Source: Phoronis australis (lineage: Eukaryota > Animalia > Phoronida). From it: DNA of 64,000 nucleotides. The stretch is taken from positions 496,489-560,488 of the forward strand of contig NMRA01000164.1 in assembly GCA_002633005.1 (NCBI GenBank). Direction: 5' to 3'. Numbering within the stretch: the first letter of the stretch is position 1; each line of letters starts with the position of its first letter. The position numbers were made by a program, and so were the translations under genes. The notes beneath the pieces were generated by a model that saw nothing but the letters and a program-made list of their open reading frames with translations, was not told where the DNA came from and made no database searches. Shown here in pieces: positions 26,401 to 38,500 of this stretch.

Positions 26401-29281
26401 GGTTCATCATTCACTTCCATGGAGCAAACCTGAATAAATGACGAAGACTGTGTTCAATAGTGAGTCGGTCATTGTCGTTGTTCAATGAAAGTGAACACTG
26501 AATCAAGAAGTGAGCCTTTTGCTGTAACCTTCGTATCACTTTCTGCTGTTCCGGGGATAGTAAAAAAATGCCAGAGAAATAGTAATTACCTCTGAAAATA
26601 TATTTCTAAGTTCACCAGGAATCTGCATTATTTTATACTCACTGTAACATCTGTATAGAATGATTTGTGCTATTATTATTAAATTTGATTAATAACCTTA
26701 CTGTATTTTAACAGTGCATTCTAGAGATTATGTTCTGTTCATGAGACCATGCAAATTTTTCAAATTGTTCGTTTTTTCAAGAATTGTTAAAATATATGAA
26801 CTGGTCATATTTATTACATTGAATTCTTGAATTGGAGTTTGCCAAGTAAAGACTTGTGGTGTGACCCCGTATGAAGCTGTCTCTACTGGTAGAATTCTGA
26901 GACAAGAAGGTGCAAAAAGTGTGAATGTTTGCCATCAATTTAGGGTGAGTGAACTTGCTAACAACTGACCTGATTGAATGTTGCTGTGTTGTGTATTTTC
27001 AGACCAATCCTAGATTTCCATCCAATAGCAGGTTCATTTGAAGCTAACCCCCCATTTTGTGAAGAGTTGATGGAGGCCATGGTGGATCACTTTGAAGTAA
27101 GTCTACTGTACAGTGTAATCTGAAAGCATGACTAATTTTTTTCTGCCCGGTGCAAGTGTTGGAGAACTGATGATGAACCTGACACAAACATATGGTAATA
27201 TCCCTCCCCCAGTTGTTGACAAAAATTAAAATGTAAAAAATGATCTTTCATTGTTTTTTAAAAGCTCATAACAAGGTTGTGTGTGGGCACACTTACTCAA
27301 AATATTTTCTGACAGTAGTCGTGGTATAGAAGTTAAATGCAATAGTGCATTTATTTGGTGCCACTTATCTTATAAAAAAAGGGAAAAATTGAATTTCACT
27401 TGTGCACCCTGTTTTGGCAAGATTTTACCACAATTAATTTATGTTCAGAAAAATATGCAAAATGAGTGTAATGCTGTGTATGGATTTGGTTGCTCGTAGT
27501 TGACTTGGTATTGTATTTAATGACGATGCTTCTATTTTGTGAGTTTTAAAATAGACAGATGTTTTTCAAAAATGTGGAGGATTTATTGGAGTCAGAGAAA
27601 ACTGATTCTGGAAAACTTGACGTAGCGATTACAATATCTAGGAAAAATGCTTAGCTACTGCCAGACTGCAAATTAAATATATGATCAAAGCAGAAGCAGG
27701 TAGTAAATAAAATAGCCCGTAGTACTAATTGATGCATTTACGTGATACGCTAAAACAATTAGTCATGTTAAATGTAAATTAAAAGAGCTTTTCACTGCTG
27801 TTTAACTGTCAGTGTGTAATTCTTAACCGAAGCATTTTGGGGTTTAAAAACCTTACTACATTCATTCAATCTTGAATTGTTGCCAAATGAGATGGCTACT
27901 CAAGTCGCAGGGATTTGTACATGAGCCAGTTTTTAATTTGGAATATCAGGGTTGGTCAACGTCAATGAATTTTGAAGTGTTCTTTTAGTCACTGATTGTT
28001 TTGATGTTCTTGTTAGTAATGGTAGTAGAATCATGGTAAGAAATAGTGTGAAATCAATTTTATGAGAGTAAAACGCCTAATCTGATTTTAGATTTTTAAC
28101 CAACTAAAGGGGGGAAAATGCAGCTGTAACTGAAGATGTTAATTATCTTGTTCAAAAACTAAACTCCAGTCATAAAGTGGCTCTTAAATTATGGTAATTA
28201 TCTCATAAATCGTCTGGTTTTCAGAGTTTGCTGTCCGAGACTGAAGAACCTCTGTCTTTCATTGTATTTATTCCCGAGTGGCGTGATCCGCCAACCGAAG
28301 CCCACGTCAGACTAGAATCAAGCAGGTTCAAGAAAAAACAGATCGTCATACCTGCTTTTGACCATGAATATCGACATGGATTTCAGCATCTCTGTTCAAA
28401 GTATGTAATACGACAGATTGTCAGTCAACATAACTTGTTGTAATTACCCAGCTGAGCTCAAATTTGAGCATATTTATGCCACAGTGATGCAACTGCATCA
28501 TGACAGTGCCCAAAGTTCATAATACAATCCAGCCTCTTTAATAGAGCGCACGCTCGCTTCGATTCCAATATGGCGTCTGCATAATTTGTCAGCAAATCAG
28601 TGTATGAACATTCATTTTCATTGGGATCAAGTTATTGCAATGCAGTCTTATCAGTCGTTGATTAGTCTATAGAATAAAACCACACGTGTTACCATTTCAA
28701 AGGTGACAGAAAAAAGAATGTCTCTGTTGTAATAAATATTGAACAGGCTTCACATGCATGCAGGATTATTGTAGGCCATTCAGACGGCTTGCACTCAGTA
28801 AGAAGAAAAATTCTTTTGATCGCGATTACCACATTTGAACGTTATGACAAAATACATCATTTACAGCAGTCACCTCTAATTAATTTCTGGCTACATCCCC
28901 TAAACCCCAATTCCATACCAACTAACACCAAAGCCGTGGTTCAAATTCCCTACCCGTCCCCTTTAACTCCACATAAGTCGCCTTCAAAGTACTCCATACC
29001 CAACATAGGCACTTGTACTTCATGCGGGGTCCTAAATTGATGAGATTTTATCAGTGCATCCCAACTTACACTTGTTTGTATCTACATCAGTCTTCTCTGG
29101 CATCAATACCAATAAATCTTGCTTGTTTTTCCTGAGCAGAAGCGAACTGAGCATCAAGTCTAGCCATGGCACACTGGTAATTTTCCTACAAAACGAAGCT
29201 GGCTTTCACAAGTGGGGACCAACGCCAGAGCGAGTGAAGGAACTTATGTTAGCTTATCAGGCGAAGAAAGTTGTGGAATAA
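11414..29281 (+). CDS. PCIF1: PCIF1 / CAPAM, mRNA cap-specific adenosine N6-methyltransferase (m6Am); complete spliced CDS of about 652 aa
   Basis: Exons 11414-11488, 13512-13688, 14993-15189, 18414-18568, 20257-20488, 21077-21176, 21839-22001, 23617-23792, 24475-24561, 25021-25205, 27003-27096, 28225-28400, 29140-29281 (1959 nt, frame continuous). Contains WW domain ([28 protein letters not shown]), [22 protein letters not shown] and catalytic GSFEANPPF. Confidence 0.96.
11637..12378. mobile_element. MITE-like element with hAT-type termini; contains an assembly gap and a tRNA-like fragment
   Basis: CATAGGCGGATTTAGGGGGGG...CCCCCCC...CCTAGATCCGCCACTG imperfect TIRs; N gap 11868-11924; no clean TSD. 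Confidence 0.6.
12105..12166 (+). pseudogene. tRNA-derived fragment with Pol III A and B boxes; not a functional tRNA
   Basis: TGGTGTAGTGG (12109-12119) and AGTTCGAGTCT (12144-12154); no intact cloverleaf. Confidence 0.45.
13512..13688 (+). CDS. PCIF1: PCIF1 WW-domain exon
   Basis: [36 protein letters not shown]; ttgtag / CAG|GTAAGT. Confidence 0.95.
14068..14195. repeat. 20-bp minisatellite (caagcttgaataatgttgac), about 6 copies
   Basis: Direct inspection. Confidence 0.9.
14993..15189 (+). CDS. PCIF1: PCIF1 exon ([15 protein letters not shown]...LKRRPSG...PSKRV)
   Basis: ctttcag / GG|GTGAGT; DPLG motif and basic NLS-like segment. Confidence 0.85.
17503..18366 (+). mobile_element. Unclassified dispersed repeat with a ~145-bp terminal hairpin and an internal tRNA-like segment
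   Basis: Palindrome 17503-17650; 17503-18125 recurs in reverse at 52728-53290; A box 18204-18214 and B box 18247-18257; right boundary approximate. Confidence 0.6.
18198..18266 (+). pseudogene. tRNA-derived, SINE-head-like sequence
   Basis: TGGTGTAGTGG and GGTTCGAAACC at tRNA spacing; partial acceptor stem; anticodon stem does not pair. Confidence 0.55.
18414..18568 (+). CDS. PCIF1: PCIF1 exon (FWNFEIPTN...[11 protein letters not shown]...LCHAREG)
   Basis: ttttctag / AAG|GTAGGT. Confidence 0.93.
20257..20488 (+). CDS. PCIF1: PCIF1 exon ([15 protein letters not shown]...[13 protein letters not shown])
   Basis: ttttacag / CAG|GTAACT. Confidence 0.95.
21077..21176 (+). CDS. PCIF1: PCIF1 exon ([23 protein letters not shown]...EDYL)
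   Basis: tgtag / CTT|GTAGGT. Confidence 0.93.
21839..22001 (+). CDS. PCIF1: PCIF1 exon ([14 protein letters not shown]...ESNIK) ending at a GC donor
   Basis: ttttag / AAG|GCGAGT; phase 1 matches the next exon. Confidence 0.9.
22017..22184. repeat. 28-bp minisatellite (gattaatattggcgtac[t/c]gaaacatggt) x6
   Basis: Six near-perfect copies starting 15 bp into the GC-AG intron. Confidence 0.95.
22204..23074. repeat. 435-bp tandem duplication joined by a single N at 22639; probable assembly artefact
   Basis: 22204-22638 vs 22640-23074, differing by a handful of substitutions. Confidence 0.9.
23617..23792 (+). CDS. PCIF1: PCIF1 exon ([24 protein letters not shown]...HFQKL)
   Basis: ttacag / TTG|GTAAGT. 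Confidence 0.9.
24475..24561 (+). CDS. PCIF1: PCIF1 exon ([11 protein letters not shown]...WCLLRRYQ)
   Basis: ttacag / CAG|GTGAGT. Confidence 0.93.
25021..25205 (+). CDS. PCIF1: PCIF1 exon ([33 protein letters not shown]...GSRG)
   Basis: tcttcaag / GG|GTAAGT; SAM-binding region. Confidence 0.95.
25582..25697. repeat. ~57-bp direct repeat x2
   Basis: ...ttgttgcaca(a/g)tgtataagttttatgctatggggccctggggaatg occurs twice. Confidence 0.8.
25850..26180 (+). repeat. Diverged intronic repeat, copy 1 (second copy at 27794-28122)
   Basis: Shared blocks such as caattttatgagagtaaaa, tgttcttgtt, tagaatcat, ggggaaaatgc. Confidence 0.7.
27003..27096 (+). CDS. PCIF1: PCIF1 catalytic exon ([31 protein letters not shown])
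   Basis: ttttcag / GAA|GTAAGT; NPPF at 27046-27057. Confidence 0.96.
27794..28122 (+). repeat. Diverged intronic repeat, copy 2
   Basis: Colinear with 25850-26180 except for one inverted 15-mer. Confidence 0.7.
28225..28400 (+). CDS. PCIF1: PCIF1 exon ([16 protein letters not shown]...[13 protein letters not shown])
   Basis: ttttcag / AA|GTATGT. Confidence 0.95.
29140..29281 (+). CDS. PCIF1: PCIF1 last coding exon (...[38 protein letters not shown])
   Basis: Acceptor gagcag; TAA at 29279-29281. Confidence 0.93.
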
Positions 29282-32130
29282 AACGACCGTGGTGGCAAGT
29301 CACTGCAGACTATACTGTGTTCGTTGGAGTGTTTGTCTCTGGTCAATTTAGTGTATATATGCTAGACCAGCCATCAAAAGAGCCACAAGGAAACAGCAAA
29401 GAAGGCAATTACTGACAAAATCACACTCATGTAAGGGTGTTTCATAGAATGTGCTTTTGTTGTTTAGAATTTTGCCATTGTTTTTTTGTTTGTTTAATAA
29501 GTTAACCTCTTCAGAGCTAGTCGTTGAATTTAGTAAATTTAGTAAGTTACGCTATGGTTAGTCATGAAGTGATCTTTTCCAAAAATAACATTTTGGCTAT
29601 AGTCTTGTCAGACACAGAAGCCTTCCCAGGGCTTTTAAGCCTAAAAAATATCCAGGTCAGCATTTCCACCTGGACAAATACCCAGGTCAAATTTTCGAAA
29701 CTTGGATATTTTTGTGTTGAGAACATCTTAAGTCGGAAATGGAAATTATGGTTAAATATTGAGTATGCGGAATGGTATTATATTCGCTCAGAAACATCAT
29801 GCATAGTAGAGCTTTTTTTTTGAAGTGTCGTCCATATTCACCTTAGGCATTGACTGTAAACTCGAAAATACGTCCAAATTTAAAGTGGTTTAACATGTGC
29901 ACGAGTCATGAGGCTCTGCAAAATCTAAAGATGCAATTAAAATGAAGGTTACTGTAGATGGTTAAAGTGAGATCACTCTGGCCTCTGTTGGGCTGGGTAT
30001 TTTATCAGGACAAAATCAGATTATCTAGTTGAAATTCTTTCTCCTAGAATACTATTCCTTTGCACTAGATCTAAAGATTGGGTAGATGTTTTATTATCCC
30101 TTTTGTTTAATGGCACAAATTTGAACAAATGTTTTTCTTTATGATTAACTTGCAATTTTTGCTGCAAACTCCCAGTTTTGATTGAAGAAGGCTTAAAGTT
30201 TCTGGTTTGGTGTCTCAATGTTTGAACAGGTTGCTTACATGAACGTGGTTATGGTTCATCACCTATTTCAGTGTTCCCAGTAGTAGGAAGTAGACGTGAC
30301 ACATTGAACGTCAAGTATGAGAGAGTCTTCCTTGAGACTGTGGCAACTAGTTACATTGACCTTTTGTGCATCTTCAATAAGCATGTACTCAAGATCCTGT
30401 CCAATAAGGAGGCAATGTAATGTTATATGCCAACATTGTCTCAAACGCTACTGTAAAGTGTCAGATGATCCCTAGCCATGAAATGTTGCCTCAGTTGAGC
30501 AAGGAATAGGTTGACATCTGTGCGTTATCTCCAGGTTAGTTGATTTGATGAAAAGCATGTACTTATAGCAACTTTAATTGCAGTCCAGCTAAATTTTCCA
30601 GTGAATGTCTGCAAGTCTCGGTAGTTTTTGACCCACTGGCAACTCCCAGAACTCACTTTGCAGACAAGTTCGTTAGCTTTTCGTAAAAAGGTTTATTGGA
30701 GCACTGCCATTTCCAAGCAGGACAAGCATCAGGACATTTTTGACTAAACGGAAGAAGCCTCAATGGTGTATGCGTTCAAACCTGAAGTATTTTGCGTGTA
30801 AATATATTCAGTAAGAGTAATGTGGTTGTTAGTCTTGTTTTATTTCTTTTATTTGGTGTCTTTCTTTGTGTCGTCAGTCCTCGTGGCCTAAGGATTTTGT
30901 CGCAGGGAAATAGCCACGGAATTGTAGTGTTGACCATATCGTTACATTTCTAACCGTGTTGAGGTACATTTTTGTTTATGTAATGTAGTGTAGCTATTAT
31001 TTTCTCATTTTAGATCAAGTTGTCTCGTTTATTTATCTTCGTATTGGCAAAGTGTGTTAGCACTGGGGGTTGATGAAATACTTTTTACTGCGATTATTAT
31101 AGAGGATTGATTTACATAGTAAGTTATAATCTTTTGTAGTTTTTCCTGTTTTATCACCATATAACCATGAAGACTTCCTTGTTATTTTAATGGTCGTTAC
31201 AATTTCATTTAAAAGACTTCTATGTTGGTCATCCAATGTGACTGTTCTATATTGGTTCGGACAGAAGTGGCATACAGGATTACGTTCTCACCGAAAGGTT
31301 TTCCAGTGAAAGCTAGTTGGATTGTACTAAACCATTGTAAACATAAAATACAATGACAGAAACAAAAGGAACAAATTATGCGTATAAGTTAATGCATCAG
31401 TTGGAGTAACATTCTGCATTATGGAAATAAAGTAACTCTTTCTGTGTTATGAGCATACAGGACTTTTCTGAAACATACATTGAAATTGTAGTTTGCATAC
31501 ATTTCAGTTGGCCAGGAACTTGTGAAATGTGCTGAAGGAGTGACTGTTGTGAAACTGGCATGTTGTTTAGTGATTCCAATGTATCCTGAAACTTCTATAA
31601 AATGGGTTCCAGTACCACATAAATTTTTTAATTTGATGTTTCCACTGTAGGTGTGCTTTGACTGCTGTTTAACAAATGAACGTGTGGTTGCAGGAATGCT
31701 TTCACAACTTGGCCAAGAACGTAGTCGCAATCAATACCTGCCAACCTGCAGTTGGCTGCATAATTCAACCACTTTGCAGGGATGTTTATACTCGTGCTTT
31801 TAAGTCATTTATGTATATAATTGTAATTGTAAATATTTACAAATTTTGTTACCATAGATCATGCTGTTGTGAATTTTAAGTAGCAGGTGTTCATTGAGAA
31901 CAATCATGGGCTATGTGTTTGTTCCCGAGGTATTGCATTAAAATGGCAGTTTTATTTAGAATGACCTACGACAATAGCTCACACTCTTTCACTAGCTAGG
32001 TAAGACATCTATGCTTTCTCATTAAATCCATTAAGGTGCTTGTTTTTTACCTTGATAATGATGTAGTTGTTGGGATTATTTTGCGACTGTTTCATCATTG
32101 TGAAATATACAAGGTCAGAATCCAACATGT

Positions 32131-32146
32131 TTTATTGAAATTTATT
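32131..32146 (-). terminator. Candidate polyadenylation signals for CTNNBL1
   Basis: Two AATAAA on the - strand (32131-32136 and 32141-32146), about 360 nt after the stop. Confidence 0.5.
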
Positions 32147-32499
32147 TAAAAATTGATGAATGAACACGAACAGACTGCACATGGATATCCTTTGTCTTCC
32201 AGATGAGCACATCTACACGACACACTCTACAACTCTAAAAAGATGAATAGTCTTGGTTATCAAACCATTGGCTCACTTGCACATTACTGTTGATTGCATG
32301 AAGACCAGACAGGTTTCAATTCACACGCCATGACCAATATCACTTTTTAGGGCTGGAAAAGACTAATAGTTACAACAGGTAAATGGATTCCCGTCTGCTA
32401 CTCTTCAGCATCACCCTCCAATAAACTGTTCATTTGGTAGTGTAGAAAGTAACAATGCCCAAGTCTGCGCTCCAATTTTGACAAGTTCACTCCTTCACC

Positions 32500-32588
32500 T
32501 CAAAAGTTGTCTAACAGAGACAGAATCCTGTTCTGCTCTTCTTCCCTAGTCTTCTCATCTTTAGAGTCACCGATGTTGCCTGCGTACT
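32500..32588 (-). CDS. CTNNBL1: CTNNBL1 last exon (EYAGNIGD...EEQNRILSLLDNF*)
   Basis: Acceptor tttcag; TGA at 32502-32500. Confidence 0.94.
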
Positions 32589-35500
32589 CTGAAATGTGTA
32601 AATCCAAAGTGCTCATAACCTAGGAAAACCTGCGCCCTACTGGTGCCAGAACTTGAATGCAAAATCCATAAAACGTGAATAATGTGCATAAAATACAATT
32701 AAGAACCTTAAGGAAACTGCTTGGAAATTTCTCCTGATGTTGCTTTCTACAACAGTTTGAATTAATGACATTAAAAGTTCCCCCTGGATCAACGATGAAA
32801 TCCTTCATCTAATAAATTGTCAAGTTTCTGCATTCTCTACACAAAGGCAACATTCGCAGAAAAAGTAGGTTAATTGTCGTCCTGTTTAATACAATATAGC
32901 GGACAAGTGAAATTTTACTTCCACTAATTTCATGACATTTGTAAAGATTAAACAAATTCGAATCTGTCTTAGTTTAGACATTTGAAAAATATCACTCAAT
33001 CACACTGCTCTTCCTACCTCCCAAAAGAGGAGAGTGGGAACTAATGACGGACTGGTTTTGAGTAAAAAAATTAAAAGTACACAGTCAGGCTTTCTTGTTT
33101 CAGAAAATGCACACTTTTACTGGATTTAAATTCTACAGTACCTAGATGTTTGCCATAATGCAGCCTTGTCAATAACGTTACATGTGACGTTAGAATGTTA
33201 CAAACCTCTCATTATACTCCTTATTGCTTTCACAGATCCACCACGCATGTTGAGAATTTGGAATACCCGTTGCTTGATCTAAAAAAAACATGCAGTACAC
33301 CATAAATGAATAGCATTCGATTGGCACCCGACTTTCATTTGAAATTACAGAAAAAAAATGTCTATTAAGAACCACCATGTGAGATTAAAATCAGCACAAA
33401 ATGACCACAATGGCCACCATACTCACATTAATACCATGCAGGCTTATTACCAGCTTTTAATTTATTAATTCAACAACTAACAAGCTGAAGATTTATTAAC
33501 GGATCATCACAAACAACCATGACCAATAGCCCTATCAACTGAAAACCCTACACATGAAGGACATGTCATTGTGAGAAGAGTAAATGCTAACAAGTTATAG
33601 GAGTTATTGGTATAGGTTGGACAAGAAATGACGAGGAAAGTTCTGGAAGTTCTCACTGTTTAGTCAATACCCCCCAACTCCGGCACAAGAGGCAAACACG
33701 TGAGAGCAAATGGAGACCTGAACAATCTATCCCTAAGGTTTATTTATTGTTAAACTTGTTTCTACTAAAATATTTCAATAAACTATTTTCATTACTGATC
33801 TATTCATATTACAACTTCAAGTAAAAATTTGTTTCCTAACATTAATCTTTCAATGACTAGGTTCATTACTGATAAAGTCATGTCAAGACTGAGGATAAAA
33901 TGATTTTTTTAATGTTTATAGTACAAAAAATATTACCGTAAACTCGCGGGTTAACGTCCATGTCCGGGTAATTGCCCACTTCCGAGTTATGTCAAATTTC
34001 GATGTAAGTGCCCACTGTTCATCCCCCCCTTTGCGCAGTTCCTCTTAAGCACTCACCTCTCAAGTAATCGCCCATCTCAACTTACGGCTAACAGAGCTTG
34101 ACTTTGAACTCGTCTTTTTGTTCGCAGCTTCGCCTCAGCCATGTAATCGCGGGTAATCACCCACTCCCGACTTTCACCAATTTTCGATATAACCGCCCAC
34201 TGCTCAGGTAATCGTCCACCCCCCAGTTTTAGGGTTTCCCAATTTAAGCGTTCAGGGTATTAACCTGCCAGTTTATGGTATGTAAAATAGTTCAGAAGTT
34301 AAATCTAGAAAACGCCAAGAAAATGGATTTGTGTTTAATGGGAAGTCACAATTTGTCACATCTCAAAATTTTCAAAATGTCACAGTGAAGTCTCAGTTGT
34401 CACAGTTTTTTAGTGCTTTTTGTCTATATAAGTCACATCATTTTTGTCACATATGAGACACAATTTTATTATACTTTTCAGTGATAACCATGAATTCTGA
34501 AATTTTACAGTTTGTGAAAAAAGGAACATCTACTTCGATGCACTAACAGCTTACTTAGCGCAGCAAATTTCTCACAATTTGTCACAGAATAAAAAATGTC
34601 ACAGAATTTCAGGCAAGCAAGCTTCGTCACAGAATCCCACCATGTGACAGGGAATGCATAGTTTCCATTATATCTGGGCGTAAGAATGAACACTGCATAA
34701 GAATGTGGATGTTAAACTGTTTCTATTTAACGGTAAATAAAAAAGAAGTCCTCACCGTGTCTATACCACAGGCACAGACCTCCAGCATGACGTAATCTAC
34801 CAACTGCAATGTAAAGAGACCAGCGTCGAGCCGTCTTAAGTAAAACTCATCTTCCTTTTCTTCGTCCAATTCCCCGCCATAGTACTTTATCTCCTAGGGA
34901 TACAGTTACCGTGGTAATTAGATGAAGACCATTAATCCAGCTTAACTGACTTGCCAGGAACACTGACCAAATTACATGGGCGCACCCGAAGGGGGGGGCT
35001 CGGGGGGCTCAAATGAGCCCTCAATTTGACGAATTGGGCAAAAAGGTCTGCCTCAGCGAAACAAAAAGTCTGAGTAAATGAGATAAAAGTCCACAAACTC
35101 CACAGGAAGTCGGGCGCGGATGCACAATTCGTGGGCCTGAACCTAGTGGCCCCGTTTTTTTTGGTCCTCGCCGATTTCTTTTAGTAAAAGGTAAGCATAC
35201 CGAAAAATTCGAGCCCCCTATATTTAAGGCTGGGTGCGCGCATGAATTACTGTTTGCCTTCAGTTGTGAGTAGCACAAAACACGTTCATGTCACTTGCAT
35301 TTCATTACAAGGTTTTGCTATTTTAAGCGCTGTTTAAGCTATATTAAGTATTAACTTAAAACAAGTTAAGCTACAAATACTAATAGATACCAACAAAGGC
35401 ACTGCAAAGACAATGTTTGAACAGTGATATTCAGTATATCTGCGCTCTGTTGTGATACTTTTACAAGAAAAATACAAAACAGTTTTTGTGGTACCATTCT

Positions 35501-38500
35501 TTTTGAAATAATTTCACAATACAGAAACACTTAGGAAGGTTTATGTCCATTTTCAGCCACGATCTTCAGCACCAGACACCAGGGTTGTCTCCCCTAGACA
35601 TTGTGACATCACAAGTCATTAGACTTTTCATCTACTAAGCATAACTATGTGAAACAGCTGAAAGACCCACACTATTGCATATAACCTCTAGTTGAAATGT
35701 ACTGATCCATTACTCACATTTTTCTCCTTTTCTATGCCAGAGTCACAAAGCCTAACTTTTTCCAAGTATTTAAAATGTAATTCAATCAACCGATCCACCT
35801 GTAAAAACATGTTTAATTCTTACCACAATTTAATCAACAGCAGCAAATATGTAAATGTGTTTTCAAATCTATTTGCTAACTTGCTGAAAAAAAGTCGCAA
35901 AATATGTATAAGAAAAATCTGTATCCACAACTCTAGTTGACACCAGAATAAAGGCTACAAAGCACAGTATTGTGTATTTGGTATTTAGGGATATTATGGC
36001 TGAGATCGAGGTGTGAACTCTTATATATGTTACTTGGCTCAAAATAGACCAATTGGATGACACACTTCGAATATACTTACAAAATTTGTACAAAAATCAT
36101 GTCGAGTGATTGGTTAAGTTTCGAATCCGAGTCCGAGTCTAGTCTGTCTTCAGAGATTAAGACTGCTATAACAAATACTGACGAAGCAATAAAGGTAATA
36201 TCAGCCTAGAATGTCACTGATTCAATCTTACCTTTTCATGGTCGTTTTCTGTAAACTTGTTGAGTAGTCTTTGTCGCTGGGTTCCCTCACAATTCTTCAA
36301 CATGGAGGCAATAATTGAAATGGTGTGCTCTAAAGAAAATAACACAGTAGTTGAAATTCAGTTGTCATTTTCATTTGGAACAATCGATTGGACTTGTAAA
36401 CTGTAACAGAAAAAAAATATGCACACCAGAAGGCTTTGTACTTTTGCTAAAGAGAGGTTTAGTTATTTTTCAAAAATGGTTGTTTGAAGCACATAACTTA
36501 ATTTCTGATTTAAGTCGTTTGCCACTTTTCAAGAAACAGACCCCAGGACACCACAGAATGCATTATGTGTCAACACATTTTCCAAATAACCACAAGGAAA
36601 GCATACACAACTCTTGAGAACAACCACACATGAGGGTAGTTAGGCTCATGGAACTACACCTGAATCTGCAACTATATCCGGAATAAGGCGTTTACGCCTA
36701 ATAAATACGAAGCACTTGAAAATACAAAATATGTTTTTGAAATAATATGCAAATGAAGCTTGACAAATTTTTTACGAAATGGTAAACATTGAAATGTTTT
36801 CGATATAACATGAACTATTTTAAAGGAAAAGTACTGAGCATGGACAAGTGATACAAAAACACATATACAAGGCAGGGCTCGACATAACGAGCTGCAGGTC
36901 GCATATGCGACCTGAAATTTGGAAATGCGAGCTGATTTTTGTCAGCTCGTATCAAGTCGCAAAATGCGACCTGGAATTTCCAACGAATGCAAGCTGAGTT
37001 TTTACACTTCTCGGCAGATACCTGGCAAATATAAAGCAGCTATTGTTAATCCGACCATTACTTGGTTGTTGCCAAATCCAAGTTCAAAAGACCACTAACT
37101 GAGAACAGCCCTCTCGATGACTTGTAAGCAAGTCGCGTGACCATGGGATATGCAGAATCGATCTTTGATGCGTTTCATTGGCTAACATTTTCGGCCACTT
37201 ATGCAAATTTCCGGATTTGACGAAGAAAGTTTCGGGCCACATAACACGTGATAAAACCTCACAAAACAGTGGTGTTTCTATAAATTCTTAAGCGATCAAC
37301 TTATCAAACTTTGTGGTGGACAAATATGTTTGTTTTTCGCTTAAGATGTCCTTATTACCTTTACCAAATATCCACGACAATATCCCTGATATCGCACTGC
37401 GGCACTGGTCGGTCCCGTTGTTAGCGTGCAAGCGGTCCCGGCAAGACAATCGTGACTTAGATATGTGCGCCCAGTTTTTATCCCATAAGACAGCCAAAGT
37501 GAAAATGACAACCTATTAATCCCCAAACGACGATCACATCTTTACTTTCAGTTGCCAAGAAATTCTCAAACCCCATTACTTGTTTCTCAGTACGTGGGGC
37601 TACGTGCGCGAAATATGATTTGTCTTTCACACGTTGTTGCCAACGTAAAGTGTAGGCCTATTCCAGCGATTCAAGTGCGTGAACTCACACGTGCGCACCG
37701 TTTTGAAGCTGTACATCAAAAGAGAACAGCGGCAGTCCTAAATGAAAGAGTATACCAGCATGGCTCTGTCAAGCACCCGGGTGCCAATGGTTTATTTGAA
37801 AATGAACTCAAAGATTTCTGGCGGTTACGATGCTTTATGATATTCCCCGGGACAGTTGGAACCCAGAACTGATATTTTCCGGTTTCTATGTTTCTCCAGG
37901 TCGATGTTCTCTAAGCCCTATATTCTTTGCCCGTAGCCAGCTATTGCAACTAAACGGGTACTAGATGCGAAATAGTGGTTAGCGAACTTCTTCATACACC
38001 TCCCCCGCCCCCTCCCCGGCAACTTTTCGTTCCCCTGACCACCGCCTCTGCAAAAATGTTCAGACTCCAATAGAAACAATCATGTTCCAGCTGAAGCGGG
38101 CAATTAAAAACAAAATTATTCCGGGTGGCTAAAAAGGGTACAGTGTAGGTGGTAACGATATGCAGAAAGTCACCCCTACTAGATGGAGTTTGCCTCGCAA
38201 AATCGTATTAATATGACGTTTCATTGTAGTCTTTTAATATCTTATTACCGCAAGCACTCAGGTTAACGACTATGCTAACGCACAAGCCTACTCCCTACCT
38301 TTGAAGTGTTTCATAATAAGCGCTCACTGACCTACTAAGCGTTCCCCTCAACTTTTGAGAATTTCCAATTAAGCACCCACAGTTTAGGCTAGCGCCCATC
38401 ATATCGCACTACAAACGACCGCGCGTGGTTTAAAATTGACTCGCAGCCTATATGGTGTGTCACTCTCATTTTACACAACAAATTCCGTTTTCAAAAAACG

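Noticed and set aside
37288-37872. Short ORFs inside the hAT-like element as transposase remnants
   Set aside because: No BED finger, DDE or hAT dimerisation motif is recognisable.
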